This document shows, piece after piece, positions 9,996 to 20,414 of a stretch of 64,000 nt of DNA. This DNA comes from Candidatus Hydrogenedentota bacterium (GTDB lineage Bacteria; Hydrogenedentota; Hydrogenedentia; Hydrogenedentales; SLHB01): the NCBI GenBank assembly GCA_963668025.2, contig CAXXTH010000012.1, positions 128,001 through 192,000 of the forward strand, given 5' to 3'. The notes under the pieces were generated by a model. That model saw only the letters and a program-made list of their open reading frames with translations. It was not told the origin of the DNA and made no database searches. The position numbers were made by a program, and so were the translations under genes. Numbering within the stretch: position 1 is the first letter of the stretch; each line of letters begins with the position of its first letter.

Positions 9996-10946
9996 CTATT
10001 TTCGCCGCCGCACGTCTACATAGACCGCCGCGAGGATGACGAGGCCTTTCATGATGTATTGCAGGGAAAAATGAACGCCCGCCTGGTTCAGGCCTTTGTC
10101 CAGCGTGCCAATGATCAGCGCGCCGAAAAACGTGCCCGCCATCGTGCCGATGCCGCCAGTAAAACTGGTTCCGCCCACTACGGCAGCGGCAATCGCATTG
10201 AGTTCAAATCCGATGCCTGAAGCAGGTTCCGCCGAATACAGTTGGGAAGAGTGGATGATGCCCGCGACACCCGTCAACGCGGCGCAAAGCACATAGACCA
10301 GAATCTCCCGCTGCGCGACGGGTATGCCCGTGAACCGGGCCGCCACGCGGTTTCCGCCAATGGCATAGAGATGCTGGCCGAATCGCGTCCGGTGCAGCAA
10401 TATCGCACATACCAGCAGAAGGGCCAGCATGATCACTACCGGGATAGGAATGATGCCGAAAAGCCGCCCGTTGCCCAGCTCGAGAAAAAACGTCTCGTGG
10501 CTGGGGACATGCATCGGCTTGCCTTCGTTGTAGCGCAGCGCCATGCCCCGTGCGACCATCATCGTACCAAGCGTGACAATGAACGGGGGCATCTTGGTCA
10601 GGGCGGCGCATAGCCCATTGAATAGGCCAAATAGGCTCGCTACGCCCAGCCCCGCGCCAAGGGCCAGCACGATTCGGACCACGCTCTGGGATTCCGGCTC
10701 GCCATATCCGAGGACAAATACCACCGTGGTGCCCACCAAGGCCAGCACGGCCCCGACGGAGAGATCAATCCCGCCGATGAGAATGGCGAGCGTCATGCCA
10801 TAGGCGATAATCGCATTCACCGATACTTGCTGCACCAAATCCAGCATATTGTCTGAAGTTAAAAAGACCGGTATAAAATAGCGGAAGATGATCAGCAGGG
10901 CTACCCATGCGCCAATCAATGGAATAAAACGTTTTGCTGCATTCAT
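9996..10946 (-). CDS. rbsC: Monosaccharide ABC transporter permease (CUT2, RbsC-like)
   Basis: GGIDLSVG, PPFIVTLG, AIGGN and ELNAIAAAVVGGTS motifs. Substrate not proven to be ribose. Confidence 0.85.
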   Translation of the reverse strand: MNAAKRFIPLIGAWVALLIIFRYFIPVFLTSDNMLDLVQQVSVNAIIAYGMTLAILIGGIDLSVGAVLALVGTTVVFVLGYGEPESQSVVRIVLALGAGLGVASLFGLFNGLCAALTKMPPFIVTLGTMMVARGMALRYNEGKPMHVPSHETFFLELGNGRLFGIIPIPVVIMLALLLVCAILLHRTRFGQHLYAIGGNRVAARFTGIPVAQREILVYVLCAALTGVAGIIHSSQLYSAEPASGIGFELNAIAAAVVGGTSFTGGIGTMAGTFFGALIIGTLDKGLNQAGVHFSLQYIMKGLVILAAVYVDVRRRK

Positions 10947-12469
10947 ATTTGACCTACTCCTGTAAGCAGACCCATCACATCCTCCATGTTTGCTTCCTCG
11001 GCGGCCATTTCTTTCACGACCGCGCCGTCCCGGTAAACCGCGACACGGTGCGACATGCTCAACACTTCGGCCAGATCGGAAGAAATGAGAATCACCGCCA
11101 TCCCCTCCTCGACCAATCCCGCGATGACTTGGAACATATCCTCGCGCGCGCCTACGTCGACGCCCCGCGTCGGCTCATCCAAAATCAACACTTTTGGGCG
11201 GCGCTCCATCCAGCGGGACACCAGCACTTTTTGCTGATTCCCTCCCGATAGGCTGTCCACTGGCTGGGAATCCGGATTCGAGACTTTGATCACGCAGCTT
11301 GTAATCGCCCTATCGATAATGCCGCTACGGTGTTTCCGGTTGAACCTGGCCGCATGAATCCAGTCTTTCAGCCACGGTAAGGCGATATTGAATCCAACAC
11401 TTTGCATCATCACCAGGCCTTCGCCTTGGCGATCTTCGGGGATCAAGATAATCCCCGCCTTCACTGCGTCTCCCGGCGAGTGGATCTCGACGCGCTCCCC
11501 ATCCAGCCGTATCTCCCCTTCGCTGAACCGATCCACGCCGAAGATGGCGCGCATCAGTTCGCTGCGCCCCGAGCCGACCAGCCCGGCAATACCAAGAATC
11601 TCGCCGTAGCGCACTTGTAGTGATACGCCCCGCACACGTTCATTGCGCAAACCGCGCACCTCAAGCGCCCGTTTTCCCGGCTTGTGGGCGGGGCGGTGAA
11701 AATAGTCCGTGATATCGCGCCCCACCAGCCAGTGGACGAGTTCCCGCTTGTTGACCTGCGTGGCCTGCTGCGTGCCGATGGTGCTGCCATCGCGGAGCAC
11801 CGTGATACGATCCGCTAATCGCAAAACTTCTTCCAAGCGGTGCGAGATGTAGATAATGCCCACCCCTTGTTTCCGCAGCCGGTCCAGCGTCACGAATAGG
11901 GCTTCCGTTTCCGCGCCGGAGAGCGAAGAAGTCGGTTCGTCAAGAATCAGTACGCGCGCTTCGGATGACAATGCCCTGGCGATCTCGACTAACTGCCGCT
12001 GCGCGATGCTCAGGGTGGAAACCTGAAGATGCACTGCGGCGATTTCCTCGAGTCCAAGGCGTTTCACCAAGGTGCGGGCGTCCTCATTCATCTGCCGGCG
12101 GTTGAGTAAACCGAAGCGCTTCGGCTCCCGGCCAAGATAAATATTCTCGGCTACGGTGAGATTGGGCGCGAGCGACAATTCTTGATGAATCACCCGTATC
12201 CCATAGCGCTCCGCATCCGCGACCTGGTGTATGTCCACCGGATTTCCATCCATGAACACCGCGCCTTCGTCGGCCCGATGGACGCCCGCAAGCACCTTAA
12301 TCAGCGTGGATTTGCCGGCCCCGTTTTCACCGAGCAAGGCATGCACTTCGCCCGCGTGGAGTTCAAAATCCACACCGTTGAGGGCCGTTACGCCGCTAAA
12401 TCGTTTGGTGATGGCATGCAGGCGCAGCAATGGCGCTTTCATTTCCTTGGCTTGCATGGCGGCGCTCAT
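10943..12469 (-). CDS. rbsA: Monosaccharide ABC transporter ATP-binding protein (RbsA-like, two ABC domains)
   Basis: GENGAGKST, LILDEPT twice and LSGGNQQK. ATG at 12469 overlaps the upstream TGA (ATGA). Confidence 0.9.
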   Translation of the reverse strand: MSAAMQAKEMKAPLLRLHAITKRFSGVTALNGVDFELHAGEVHALLGENGAGKSTLIKVLAGVHRADEGAVFMDGNPVDIHQVADAERYGIRVIHQELSLAPNLTVAENIYLGREPKRFGLLNRRQMNEDARTLVKRLGLEEIAAVHLQVSTLSIAQRQLVEIARALSSEARVLILDEPTSSLSGAETEALFVTLDRLRKQGVGIIYISHRLEEVLRLADRITVLRDGSTIGTQQATQVNKRELVHWLVGRDITDYFHRPAHKPGKRALEVRGLRNERVRGVSLQVRYGEILGIAGLVGSGRSELMRAIFGVDRFSEGEIRLDGERVEIHSPGDAVKAGIILIPEDRQGEGLVMMQSVGFNIALPWLKDWIHAARFNRKHRSGIIDRAITSCVIKVSNPDSQPVDSLSGGNQQKVLVSRWMERRPKVLILDEPTRGVDVGAREDMFQVIAGLVEEGMAVILISSDLAEVLSMSHRVAVYRDGAVVKEMAAEEANMEDVMGLLTGVGQI

Positions 12470-13449
12470 TTGCCGCTCTTCTGTAAGAATGCATCCACAT
12501 TCTCTTTGGTGATCAATTCGACCGGGATCTTGATGTCCTTCTCGACGGGCTTGCCCGCGAGATGGGCATAAACGCATTCCGCCGCCACCCGGCCGATCTC
12601 ACGCGGGAATTGCGCGGAAGTGGATAGAAGCTTGCCTTCCTTGATGGCTGCGGCCCCTTCGGTGGAACCGTCCACCGTCACCACGGTAACCTGGCCGAGT
12701 TTTCCGGAGGACTCGATGGCCGAGATAGCGCCTAGAGCGCTGGGATCGTTAATCGGAAACGCCGCATCCAATTCCGGGAACCGCCCGAGCAGATCACGCA
12801 TCACTGGGCGCGCGCCTTCGGTCGTTCCTTTGCCTTCCTGTGTGTCCAAGATTTTCATATCGGGATGCTTGGCTAGTTCCTCCGTGAATCCCGCTACGCG
12901 GTCAATACACGCCTTGTTCACGGAAAGGTGTAAAATCACGATCTTGGCGTTTGGTTTCACTTTGGCCAAGGCCTGCGCCGCAAGGCGTCCCGCTTCCACG
13001 TTATCGGAAGCCACCTGGCACAAGATAAGGTCAGGCTCACTCACCGGCGCATCCACCACCACGATAGGGATGTTTTTCTTTTGGGCCTCGAGCAAGCTGC
13101 CTTTCACGCCTTCCCAATTGACAGGGTTGAGGAAAATGGCGGATGCCCCTCTCAAGATCAGATCGGACACATCATTCTTCTGTTTAAGGCTGTTCCATTG
13201 GGCGTCCAGGGTCATTAATCTATCGCCATGGCTCTCGACGACTTGCTTGAGGCCTTCATTCAAATCCACAAAAAACGGATTGTTCATCGTTTGAAAGGAA
13301 ACCCCGAAGAGAAGCCCTTTGGCGCCAGCATCCCCGCCGCCCGTATCGCCAGGCGTGCATCCCCATAACGCGGCGATGCCACATGCCGTAAAAAGCCCCA
13401 ACAGGATTCCGATTCGACTCACGTTTTTCTTCCGCCACATCGTTATCAC
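12466..13449 (-). CDS. rbsB: Monosaccharide ABC transporter binding lipoprotein (RbsB-like)
   Basis: Lipobox-like LWGC, NNPFF, SDNVEAG, ND..ALGA and VDG motifs. Confidence 0.85.
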   Translation of the reverse strand: MITMWRKKNVSRIGILLGLFTACGIAALWGCTPGDTGGGDAGAKGLLFGVSFQTMNNPFFVDLNEGLKQVVESHGDRLMTLDAQWNSLKQKNDVSDLILRGASAIFLNPVNWEGVKGSLLEAQKKNIPIVVVDAPVSEPDLILCQVASDNVEAGRLAAQALAKVKPNAKIVILHLSVNKACIDRVAGFTEELAKHPDMKILDTQEGKGTTEGARPVMRDLLGRFPELDAAFPINDPSALGAISAIESSGKLGQVTVVTVDGSTEGAAAIKEGKLLSTSAQFPREIGRVAAECVYAHLAGKPVEKDIKIPVELITKENVDAFLQKSGK

Positions 13450-15551
13450 TCCAATGATTTGAGCCCGCTCACCGCGAAACCACGGATGGCAATCTCCGCG
13501 CCTTCGCTTTCCATGGATAATCCTTCATCCGCATAATCATATGCGCGCATCGTGAAACAGTATTGATTGTTGATGAAGCATTCGATGACGGTTCCGATTA
13601 CAAACACGCGCACATCCACCGGCTGCGCTGCGTCGAAATCGCAAACACGCTTGTAGCTGCGATAGTTATCGCCTAATACAATCTCTTTGCTGTCAAAATC
13701 AATCGCTAACCGATAGCCGCTGGAACGCTCCTCGTCCGGCTGGCGCAGATGGAACACCGCCTTTGCTTGGGAGGTTTTGCTGGCAAGGGTAGTGTGGAGC
13801 ATATAATCGCGGGGAACGGAAAGGCGTTCTAGAGGGATTCCATCATCAGGCAGAGCAAGGACCGGGCGGTTATATGCTTCCATAACCTCCCGCGCGGGGC
13901 GCTGGCATAAACGCCCTTGGGCATCAGCATATAGCTCTCGCGCCATGCTCATCACACCGCCCCATACCCCCTTCCCTGAATCACGATTGCCTTCGCGATC
14001 GCCAATCCAGCCTAAAAGAATGCGGCGCTTTCCATCACTCGTAGACTTTGGCACGAAGAGTTCACCGCAGTCAAACGGCTGCATGGTGGATTGATAGGGA
14101 CCTCCTGGCGCATCCGCCCACGTGTAATGGTGATCCGCGGCGATGATATGCCATTTGCCCTGCTCGAAAAACATCTGCGGGCAATCGCCAGAAAACTCTT
14201 TGGGATATACGTAGAGCGGCTCGCACGGCTTCCATTGGAGCAAGTCATCCGATACATACCGGGCGAACACCGGCATCGAACCGTCAGCCTTCACAGCGTG
14301 CAACAGCATCCACCACCGCGACTCCGCTTCATTCCAAATGACATCCGGATCACGAAACGCCTGGTGGTGATATATCTGCTTATCATCAATCGGGCCATTC
14401 ACCGACTTGCTCCAGTAGATGGTTCCATCCGCATAGAACGTATCTTCAGGGCGCTTGGCCCATACGATAAGGTCGGTGCTCGTAGCCTGCATGACCTTTT
14501 GGTCGCCTTTTGGATCCAGGCTGTTTTTGCCGGTATAGAACAGATGAAAGACGCCGTTTTTCTCGACGATGCTGCCCGTCCAGCAATTCTCCGCATCTGG
14601 CGCGCCGTCCGGGCCTTTTTCAAGCGCATCCGGCAGCTCTTCCCATCGCACGAGGTCTTGGCTGGTGAGATGCCCCCAGCCAGCGCCTTTTAGGTAGAAG
14701 ACATGATAAACGCCTTTCCAATAAAACGGGATGATATCGCCCACCACGCCGGAATCGGGCCGGAAATGAAGGGTCTTGTCGAACCGCATTTGAACAGGCG
14801 TTATCATGTAATCATCCTTTCCATCGAGCAGCAGCTTTCCATCTTCCACACGAGCGCCGCCGTGCAACACACCATCTGGAAAAACACCCATGGCGTCTGT
14901 TGTCGAGCCATCCTGAAAAGTCCACATGCCTAGAGGCGCTGGCTCGGAAGGCGCATCCATGCGAAGCGACCGCAACACCTCTTCAGATAAGGATGTGCTA
15001 TAGATGCGCGCTTCATGGATGGCTCCCGCGAAAAAGGCATTGCCTCCCATTCCGCCAGCCGCCTTATGCCGAAGGCCAAACAAAATGTTGCTCGAACCGC
15101 CAAACTCCGCCGGAGCGGCGATAGGATAAGCAGCGTACAGTTGCCCATTTCTATAGAGCCTTACCTGGCCGCCTTGATACACGGCGGCGATTTGCACGAG
15201 CTCTTCCGGCCCCGCCTGTTCCAGCGCCCAATTGGATTGATCCATCTGGGAGCGCTTGTACAACTCACTTCCAGCCATCCATTTGCCTGGCGCAATCTCG
15301 CCGAACACGATGCCGTCAAACTGGCTTTCCCCTTCGATGCACAGCGTTCCCCCGCTTTGTTGGTCTAAGTTTGACAGGGAGCACCACACCACCAGCGTCT
15401 TATCATTGAGTGTAGAAAATGAAGGCGTTTGCGCAAACAACGGAACAGAAGCGGCTGCCTGGCTTTCCACCATTATCGCGCCGAGGAGGAACGCCAATAG
15501 AAACATCACCTTGCTTGCCAAACCGCTCCTCCTCGCGCATCCATGCCGCAT
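13446..15551 (-). CDS. LamG-domain + GH32-like protein, secreted
   Basis: Signal peptide, LamG region, then GDIIPFY, WTGS, FRDPDV, GDCP, LLGW and WGG motifs. Confidence 0.85.
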   Translation of the reverse strand: MRHGCARRSGLASKVMFLLAFLLGAIMVESQAAASVPLFAQTPSFSTLNDKTLVVWCSLSNLDQQSGGTLCIEGESQFDGIVFGEIAPGKWMAGSELYKRSQMDQSNWALEQAGPEELVQIAAVYQGGQVRLYRNGQLYAAYPIAAPAEFGGSSNILFGLRHKAAGGMGGNAFFAGAIHEARIYSTSLSEEVLRSLRMDAPSEPAPLGMWTFQDGSTTDAMGVFPDGVLHGGARVEDGKLLLDGKDDYMITPVQMRFDKTLHFRPDSGVVGDIIPFYWKGVYHVFYLKGAGWGHLTSQDLVRWEELPDALEKGPDGAPDAENCWTGSIVEKNGVFHLFYTGKNSLDPKGDQKVMQATSTDLIVWAKRPEDTFYADGTIYWSKSVNGPIDDKQIYHHQAFRDPDVIWNEAESRWWMLLHAVKADGSMPVFARYVSDDLLQWKPCEPLYVYPKEFSGDCPQMFFEQGKWHIIAADHHYTWADAPGGPYQSTMQPFDCGELFVPKSTSDGKRRILLGWIGDREGNRDSGKGVWGGVMSMARELYADAQGRLCQRPAREVMEAYNRPVLALPDDGIPLERLSVPRDYMLHTTLASKTSQAKAVFHLRQPDEERSSGYRLAIDFDSKEIVLGDNYRSYKRVCDFDAAQPVDVRVFVIGTVIECFINNQYCFTMRAYDYADEGLSMESEGAEIAIRGFAVSGLKSLE

Positions 15552-15560
15552 GCTTATTCT

Positions 15561-16568
15561 CTATCCTTGCCCATTAAAACCGGCGTGATCAAAATACTGC
15601 GCCTGATGATTGTACGGGAAATCCTCGTCCTGTTCGCTTTCTTGTTTGTATTTCTTGAATTCGACATGGCCGTCCATATACAGGATATTGCCGCCGCCTG
15701 GCACATGGTTGAATGAAAGCGAGTTATACATCCGCCGCCCGGTGTCAGACCAGCCGACTCCAGCCACACTATCCCACATGATAGGAATGGCCGATTGCCC
15801 TTTCGCGGCGCTGGCTGGATTGTTGATGTCCGTAATGAAAAAACGCTCGATCCCTTCCCGAAGCCTCGTGAGAGTTGTATTTGTCATCCCATCGCTTCCC
15901 GTCCACCCGGTCATATAACCAAGGGATTTGTTTGGATTCGATACGGACTCGAAATCGGTATCCGGAGACGGATAGACCGGCACGGAGCCAGGCGTTTCGC
16001 ACACAGTGTCCGTGACATCGATATAGCTATCCGCAAGTTTCGCGTATTTGGTGGCGTACCAGGACTCGCAGCCGCTGTGCATGGCCCCGATGCTCCAGTA
16101 TGTATTCACCAAATAACCAATGTAAATATAAGAGCGTGAGGGCGTCAGCAGATAATAGAGGCACGCCTTCTCCGCTTCCCCGCCTGAACTCGCCTCCGCG
16201 CCAGCTTTCGCCACCAACTCCGCAGGCTCCCCACTCGGCAAGAGCAATTGCGTGCTGGTGTCCATGGCGTGGGAATCCGAGGGACATAGGGCAATGGCGT
16301 AATCATTCCAATAATCCGGGTAAATGTCGCGTGGTTCGGGCGTATACCACCGGATGACATTGGACTGCCGGGGGTATTTCGCGCCTTTCGTCTCGCCCGC
16401 ATACATTTTATAAACCAGCCCCCACTGTTTCAGGTTGCTGGCGCATGAAGCACGGCGGGCGGCTTCTCTTGCCCGCGCTAGCGCAGGCAAGAGGATAGCT
16501 GCCAGGATAGCGATAATCGCGATGACGACCAGCAGCTCGATTAATGTAAAACCCTGTTTATTCTTCAT
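15561..16568 (-). CDS. Prepilin-type N-terminal cleavage/methylation protein, DUF1559 / H-X9-DG family
   Basis: MKNKQG|[42 protein letters not shown]; C-terminal [16 protein letters not shown]; GGAGG RBS before ATG 16568. Confidence 0.93.
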   Translation of the reverse strand: MKNKQGFTLIELLVVIAIIAILAAILLPALARAREAARRASCASNLKQWGLVYKMYAGETKGAKYPRQSNVIRWYTPEPRDIYPDYWNDYAIALCPSDSHAMDTSTQLLLPSGEPAELVAKAGAEASSGGEAEKACLYYLLTPSRSYIYIGYLVNTYWSIGAMHSGCESWYATKYAKLADSYIDVTDTVCETPGSVPVYPSPDTDFESVSNPNKSLGYMTGWTGSDGMTNTTLTRLREGIERFFITDINNPASAAKGQSAIPIMWDSVAGVGWSDTGRRMYNSLSFNHVPGGGNILYMDGHVEFKKYKQESEQDEDFPYNHQAQYFDHAGFNGQG

Positions 16569-16643
16569 TGCACTGTCCTCCAATTCCGTATGATTCCAGG
16601 TGCGAGGCAGATACCGCCCCACACACCAAGTCACGATATATCA

Positions 16644-17729
16644 TCAGCCAGCACCGCCGAAAGTCGGCATATAGTTAGGTAAATTCCTACCGAAGGCCGT
16701 TGTAACGATATCATCGCCATCCGTTACAGGCGGCTTCGAGGGATAGCGCAGAAACTCCACATGGCCATCCATATAGAGGACATTCGAGCCGCCGGGCACA
16801 TGATTGAAACGAGTGATCGTTTGCATGGTGTCATTGCCGGTCTGTGCGTAGCTGGTATTATTGTTGCCCCAGCCATCCCACATGATAATAATCGAGCTTT
16901 GCCCCAGCGCGCCGGAGGCTGGATTGTTGATGTCCGTTATGAAGAAGCGTTCGACGCCTTCCTTCAAGCGATAATACGAAGAGGGCAGTTTGGTTCCGTC
17001 ATCATCGGTCATAGCGCCGCGCCAGCTCAAGGTGGCCGCATCATCGATATCCATCGCCCGCATGCCCGGCCAATGGTAAATATGCTTGACATCACTGGGG
17101 CCGCCCAGCGCTTGAATGGCTTTTGAATCCAGCGCCACCCAATGCGCGGCGGTGCCGCTCCATTTCATATGCCCGATATGAAGCGCATCCATTAACTGGG
17201 AAGCAGTTCTACACGCCCAAGGCAAATAAATATACGAAGTCGGATTCGATAGGATGGTATTGCGGAGCGCATCCACCTTCCACGTTCCATCGTCCACAAG
17301 ATTATCAAGCTGTTCCTTGATATCGTCCTCCGTGATCACATTGGTGTTATAATAGTTTCGATCACGGGCATCCGATGGGCAGATTAAAAGGTTCACATCA
17401 TTCCAGTATTCCGGATAGATTGCTCCATCGCCCGGGTATGACTCCACGCCTGAAGAGAAAATTTTAGAGTCAATGTTCCCAAGAGCGTTCAGGCCGCTCA
17501 ACAGAGGAGACTCCGAGACCCATTGGGAGCCGCCAGGATAATACCCCTTATTTTCACCCGAGAACATGGTGAAAATAATACCCCATTGCTTCAGATTACT
17601 CGAACATGAAGCGCGGCGGGCCGCTTCCCGCGCCCGCGCCAAGGCAGGCAGCAAAATGGCCGCCAATATGGCGATAATAGCGATAACAACGAGCAGTTCA
17701 ATCAAAGTGAAGCCTAATCTCTTTTTCAT
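16644..17729 (-). CDS. Prepilin-type N-terminal cleavage/methylation protein, DUF1559 / H-X9-DG family
   Basis: MKKRLG|FTLIELL... and C-terminal [16 protein letters not shown]. Confidence 0.93.
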   Translation of the reverse strand: MKKRLGFTLIELLVVIAIIAILAAILLPALARAREAARRASCSSNLKQWGIIFTMFSGENKGYYPGGSQWVSESPLLSGLNALGNIDSKIFSSGVESYPGDGAIYPEYWNDVNLLICPSDARDRNYYNTNVITEDDIKEQLDNLVDDGTWKVDALRNTILSNPTSYIYLPWACRTASQLMDALHIGHMKWSGTAAHWVALDSKAIQALGGPSDVKHIYHWPGMRAMDIDDAATLSWRGAMTDDDGTKLPSSYYRLKEGVERFFITDINNPASGALGQSSIIIMWDGWGNNNTSYAQTGNDTMQTITRFNHVPGGSNVLYMDGHVEFLRYPSKPPVTDGDDIVTTAFGRNLPNYMPTFGGAG

Positions 17730-17747
17730 TGCTGGGTTCCTTCCAAA

Positions 17748-17760
17748 CTGTATGAGTATA
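17748..17760. promoter_or_regulatory. Candidate operator CTGTA-N4-TATA
   Basis: CTGTATGAGTATA, about 20 bp upstream of the prepilin ATG. The same pattern occurs at 22497, 32441 and 43499. Confidence 0.4.
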
Positions 17761-17786
17761 TAGTCCAACGATTTTTATAGACGGCA

Positions 17787-17809
17787 TTGAAGCTTGGGCC
17801 CAACTTCAA
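17787..17809. promoter_or_regulatory. 23-bp near-perfect palindrome, candidate regulator site
   Basis: TTGAAG-C-TTGGGCCCAA-CTTCAA upstream of the pilin/GH32 operon. Confidence 0.4.
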
Positions 17810-17885
17810 GTTACCTGTACCTGGCTGGCGTCAAAGGAGATCCAATCGAATCCCCATGGCCTTCAACTGTATGCATCGCCTTCAT

Positions 17886-17948
17886 CGCCATTCCCGCGAA
17901 AGCGGGAAACTAAAACACGTTCCTGGCTACCCGCTTCCGGAGGATTGC
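17886..17948. repeat. Degenerate REP/dRS3-like palindromic element
   Basis: ATTCCCGCGAAAGCGGGAA half-element followed by a decayed partner CTGGCTACCCGCTTCCGGAGGATTG; same family as 27794-27859. Confidence 0.6.
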
Positions 17949-17981
17949 AATAAATCCTATACAACTATACATCTGCTTAAT

Positions 17982-20414
17982 TTACTCTGTAGATCCTGCC
18001 ACAAACGAATAGAGTGCGAATTCGCCGCTTGTATTCATGGGATCAAGTCGGAATTGGGTGATCGTTCCCCGCCATTCGGGATGGGCGCTCAAGTCAATGC
18101 AGTACTCGTGAACTTGCCCATCCGCTTGAATCGCGAACGGAACGCTGCGCCCTTCCTCAAAGCCTGGCTTTTCATCGGAAGACCAATACATCCGGCCCGT
18201 GGAACCGGCGGATGCGGACAACGATATCTTCACTTCCCGCACCTGGCTGGCATCCAATTGCATCGCCGGAGGGCCAAACAACATGGGCGCACCCTCATGC
18301 GACACGCCCCGTAGTGCGCCATCCGCCCGCTGCATCCGTGCGGGAGAAGGGCCGCCCGCGATAAACCACATGCTCCGGTTTGACGACAAATCCATGGATA
18401 TCCCATGCTCCGTGCTTAAACGTGCGGCATAGCGCTGCTGGTATAGGGACACGATGCTTGGAAGGGCGTCCGTGGTTTGCATGCGCGTCCGCTCAGACGG
18501 CAAGGGAACCGGCGTTTCGTACGGGCCACGGGCGGACCCCAGCACGTTTCGTATAGCAGCAGCCTTGCCGAAACCATATGGCGCGCCCGGCTCGATGGCC
18601 CCGCCTTCGCCCCACTCGTTCCACGACTCGACCAGACCGATTTTCAGATTAGGATCGATGTAATCAGGAAGCATCGACAGCATGGCGTGAAAAGCCGCTG
18701 CATCGTTTCCCGTGGTGCGCCAGGCGCTTTTTGGATTGCGCGGAGTGTCATCCCAGCCTGCCCACGCCGTAGGGATATAGGGAAGGCCTTGCGCCTGGGC
18801 GCGCTCCCGAGCGGCAGCGAACCAGCGTGCGTATTCCGGCAGCAACGCAGCATAATCCACATTGTGTTGCGCATCCTGCAACAGATCACCGCTCATAAAG
18901 GAATAGGCTGTAACACAGTCAAAACCAGCCGACGCATACGACGGCATCCATGGATTATTATGCACGGCGATAAAATAGATGCCCGCATATCCATGGGCTT
19001 GGGCCACACCGCGCATGGCGTCGAGCGCCTTGCGCGCGGCGGAGGCGTTTCCAAGGCCATTCACGAGCCGCCAAGGCTGGTAGATAAAAAATGCCGGTTT
19101 CCCATCAATGCATAGATAATTGGACTGTGAGAAATAGCGTGAGCACAATAATTCCGCTAATTCGGAAAGCGATTGTTCCGAGAAATCATACGGCTTAAAT
19201 TCTTCCACCGTGCCTTGCTGGATACACCAGTGGATGGCAAACTTCATTTGCTCCCGAAAGCGGCTCTTTAAAAAACCTTCATCCAGCGCATCGTTTAGAT
19301 ATTCATATCCTTGGTTGTAATACCAGTCGAAGATGAAGAAGTCGATGCCGTGGCGGGCAGCCCACTGGACATGCCAGTCCGCAACCTCTGGAAGCGCCTC
19401 GTTATAATAACCAAGCAGCGGCTTGGTGTTTTCACACGACCGCATCCCTTGAAAGGCCTCGGTCCGCGTGGACCAATCGATCATCGAGGGAAAGTACCAG
19501 CAGCCAGTTTGATATGACTTCCGCATAGGCTCTGGCTTGGCGAGCTCCGCCGTTGCCGTTGGAATTTCGGTCGGAATCGAGTCAAACACCGGTGTTGCCG
19601 CCCGATGAACGGCCTCTAGATGTTTCCATCCGCCGCACACTTCCACCTGGAATTCCGCTTGGGCATCCACCGACTTTCCAACCAACGGCAAAGTAAACGC
19701 GCGGCCTTCCCACGGGCGCAATGTTCCGACTTTCACTTTTAGCTCATGAGGTGAAGACATGCCCTCAGGCAGCGTAACCTTGGCCAAAACATGCCGCAAC
19801 GGTTCCGAAGCCATGTTTTGGATTCGATACCGCAATTGGGATTCCGCGCCTTCTTGAAGTGGTTCAGGCATCAACGCGATATGGATGGATGGCGCAATGC
19901 CGCTGGCCTGCTCCAGAAACAGCCGGGTCATGCGGCAGGCGCTCCCTGGCGCCACGGAGAGTAAGAGGCGCGCTTTACGTGCATTTTTAGGTGCAATGAC
20001 CTGGGCGCGGTATTCGGTCCATTCATCCCCAAAAAGCATGCCTTGCCAGGAATTGTTTTGTTGGATGAACGCCTCCGATTTGTCCAGCCATGCCACGGCG
20101 ATCATGAACGTCTCATGCCCATATCCGCCCGTGCGCTGGACCATACCGCCGATATCATACGCCTGCCCTTCCTCGACTTCGAAAGGATGTGATTGGGCAA
20201 CTGGCGGCGCGGAAGCGAAGCGGGCGTCCAATGCCAGCGTGAACTCCGCAGGTCCTCCGGTGATGTGCTCAAGCCGCACATACTCCGGGTCTAGCACTTC
20301 CCAGCCGTTTAATCCATCCTCGAATGCCGGATTCGGACAAGAAGGCGAGGCCTGCGCGGCGGCCATCATCCCTATCGCGAGAAGAGGGAGAATCTCTGCC
20401 CACCACCCGCTCAT
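17982..20414 (-). CDS. Secreted GH99-like (WbsX/GH71-99-type) glycoside hydrolase with CBM-like flanking domains
   Basis: Signal peptide, NPAFE CBM4/9-like start, PLLGYY, HGIDFFIFDWY, GWDDTPR, WNEWGEG..IEP and a C-terminal WRGTITQFRLDP module. Confidence 0.75.
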   Translation of the reverse strand: MSGWWAEILPLLAIGMMAAAQASPSCPNPAFEDGLNGWEVLDPEYVRLEHITGGPAEFTLALDARFASAPPVAQSHPFEVEEGQAYDIGGMVQRTGGYGHETFMIAVAWLDKSEAFIQQNNSWQGMLFGDEWTEYRAQVIAPKNARKARLLLSVAPGSACRMTRLFLEQASGIAPSIHIALMPEPLQEGAESQLRYRIQNMASEPLRHVLAKVTLPEGMSSPHELKVKVGTLRPWEGRAFTLPLVGKSVDAQAEFQVEVCGGWKHLEAVHRAATPVFDSIPTEIPTATAELAKPEPMRKSYQTGCWYFPSMIDWSTRTEAFQGMRSCENTKPLLGYYNEALPEVADWHVQWAARHGIDFFIFDWYYNQGYEYLNDALDEGFLKSRFREQMKFAIHWCIQQGTVEEFKPYDFSEQSLSELAELLCSRYFSQSNYLCIDGKPAFFIYQPWRLVNGLGNASAARKALDAMRGVAQAHGYAGIYFIAVHNNPWMPSYASAGFDCVTAYSFMSGDLLQDAQHNVDYAALLPEYARWFAAARERAQAQGLPYIPTAWAGWDDTPRNPKSAWRTTGNDAAAFHAMLSMLPDYIDPNLKIGLVESWNEWGEGGAIEPGAPYGFGKAAAIRNVLGSARGPYETPVPLPSERTRMQTTDALPSIVSLYQQRYAARLSTEHGISMDLSSNRSMWFIAGGPSPARMQRADGALRGVSHEGAPMLFGPPAMQLDASQVREVKISLSASAGSTGRMYWSSDEKPGFEEGRSVPFAIQADGQVHEYCIDLSAHPEWRGTITQFRLDPMNTSGEFALYSFVAGSTE

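Noticed and set aside
17748-17763. LexA/SOS box resemblance (CTGT-N8-ATAG)
   Set aside because: Imperfect match to a proteobacterial motif, with no DNA-repair context.
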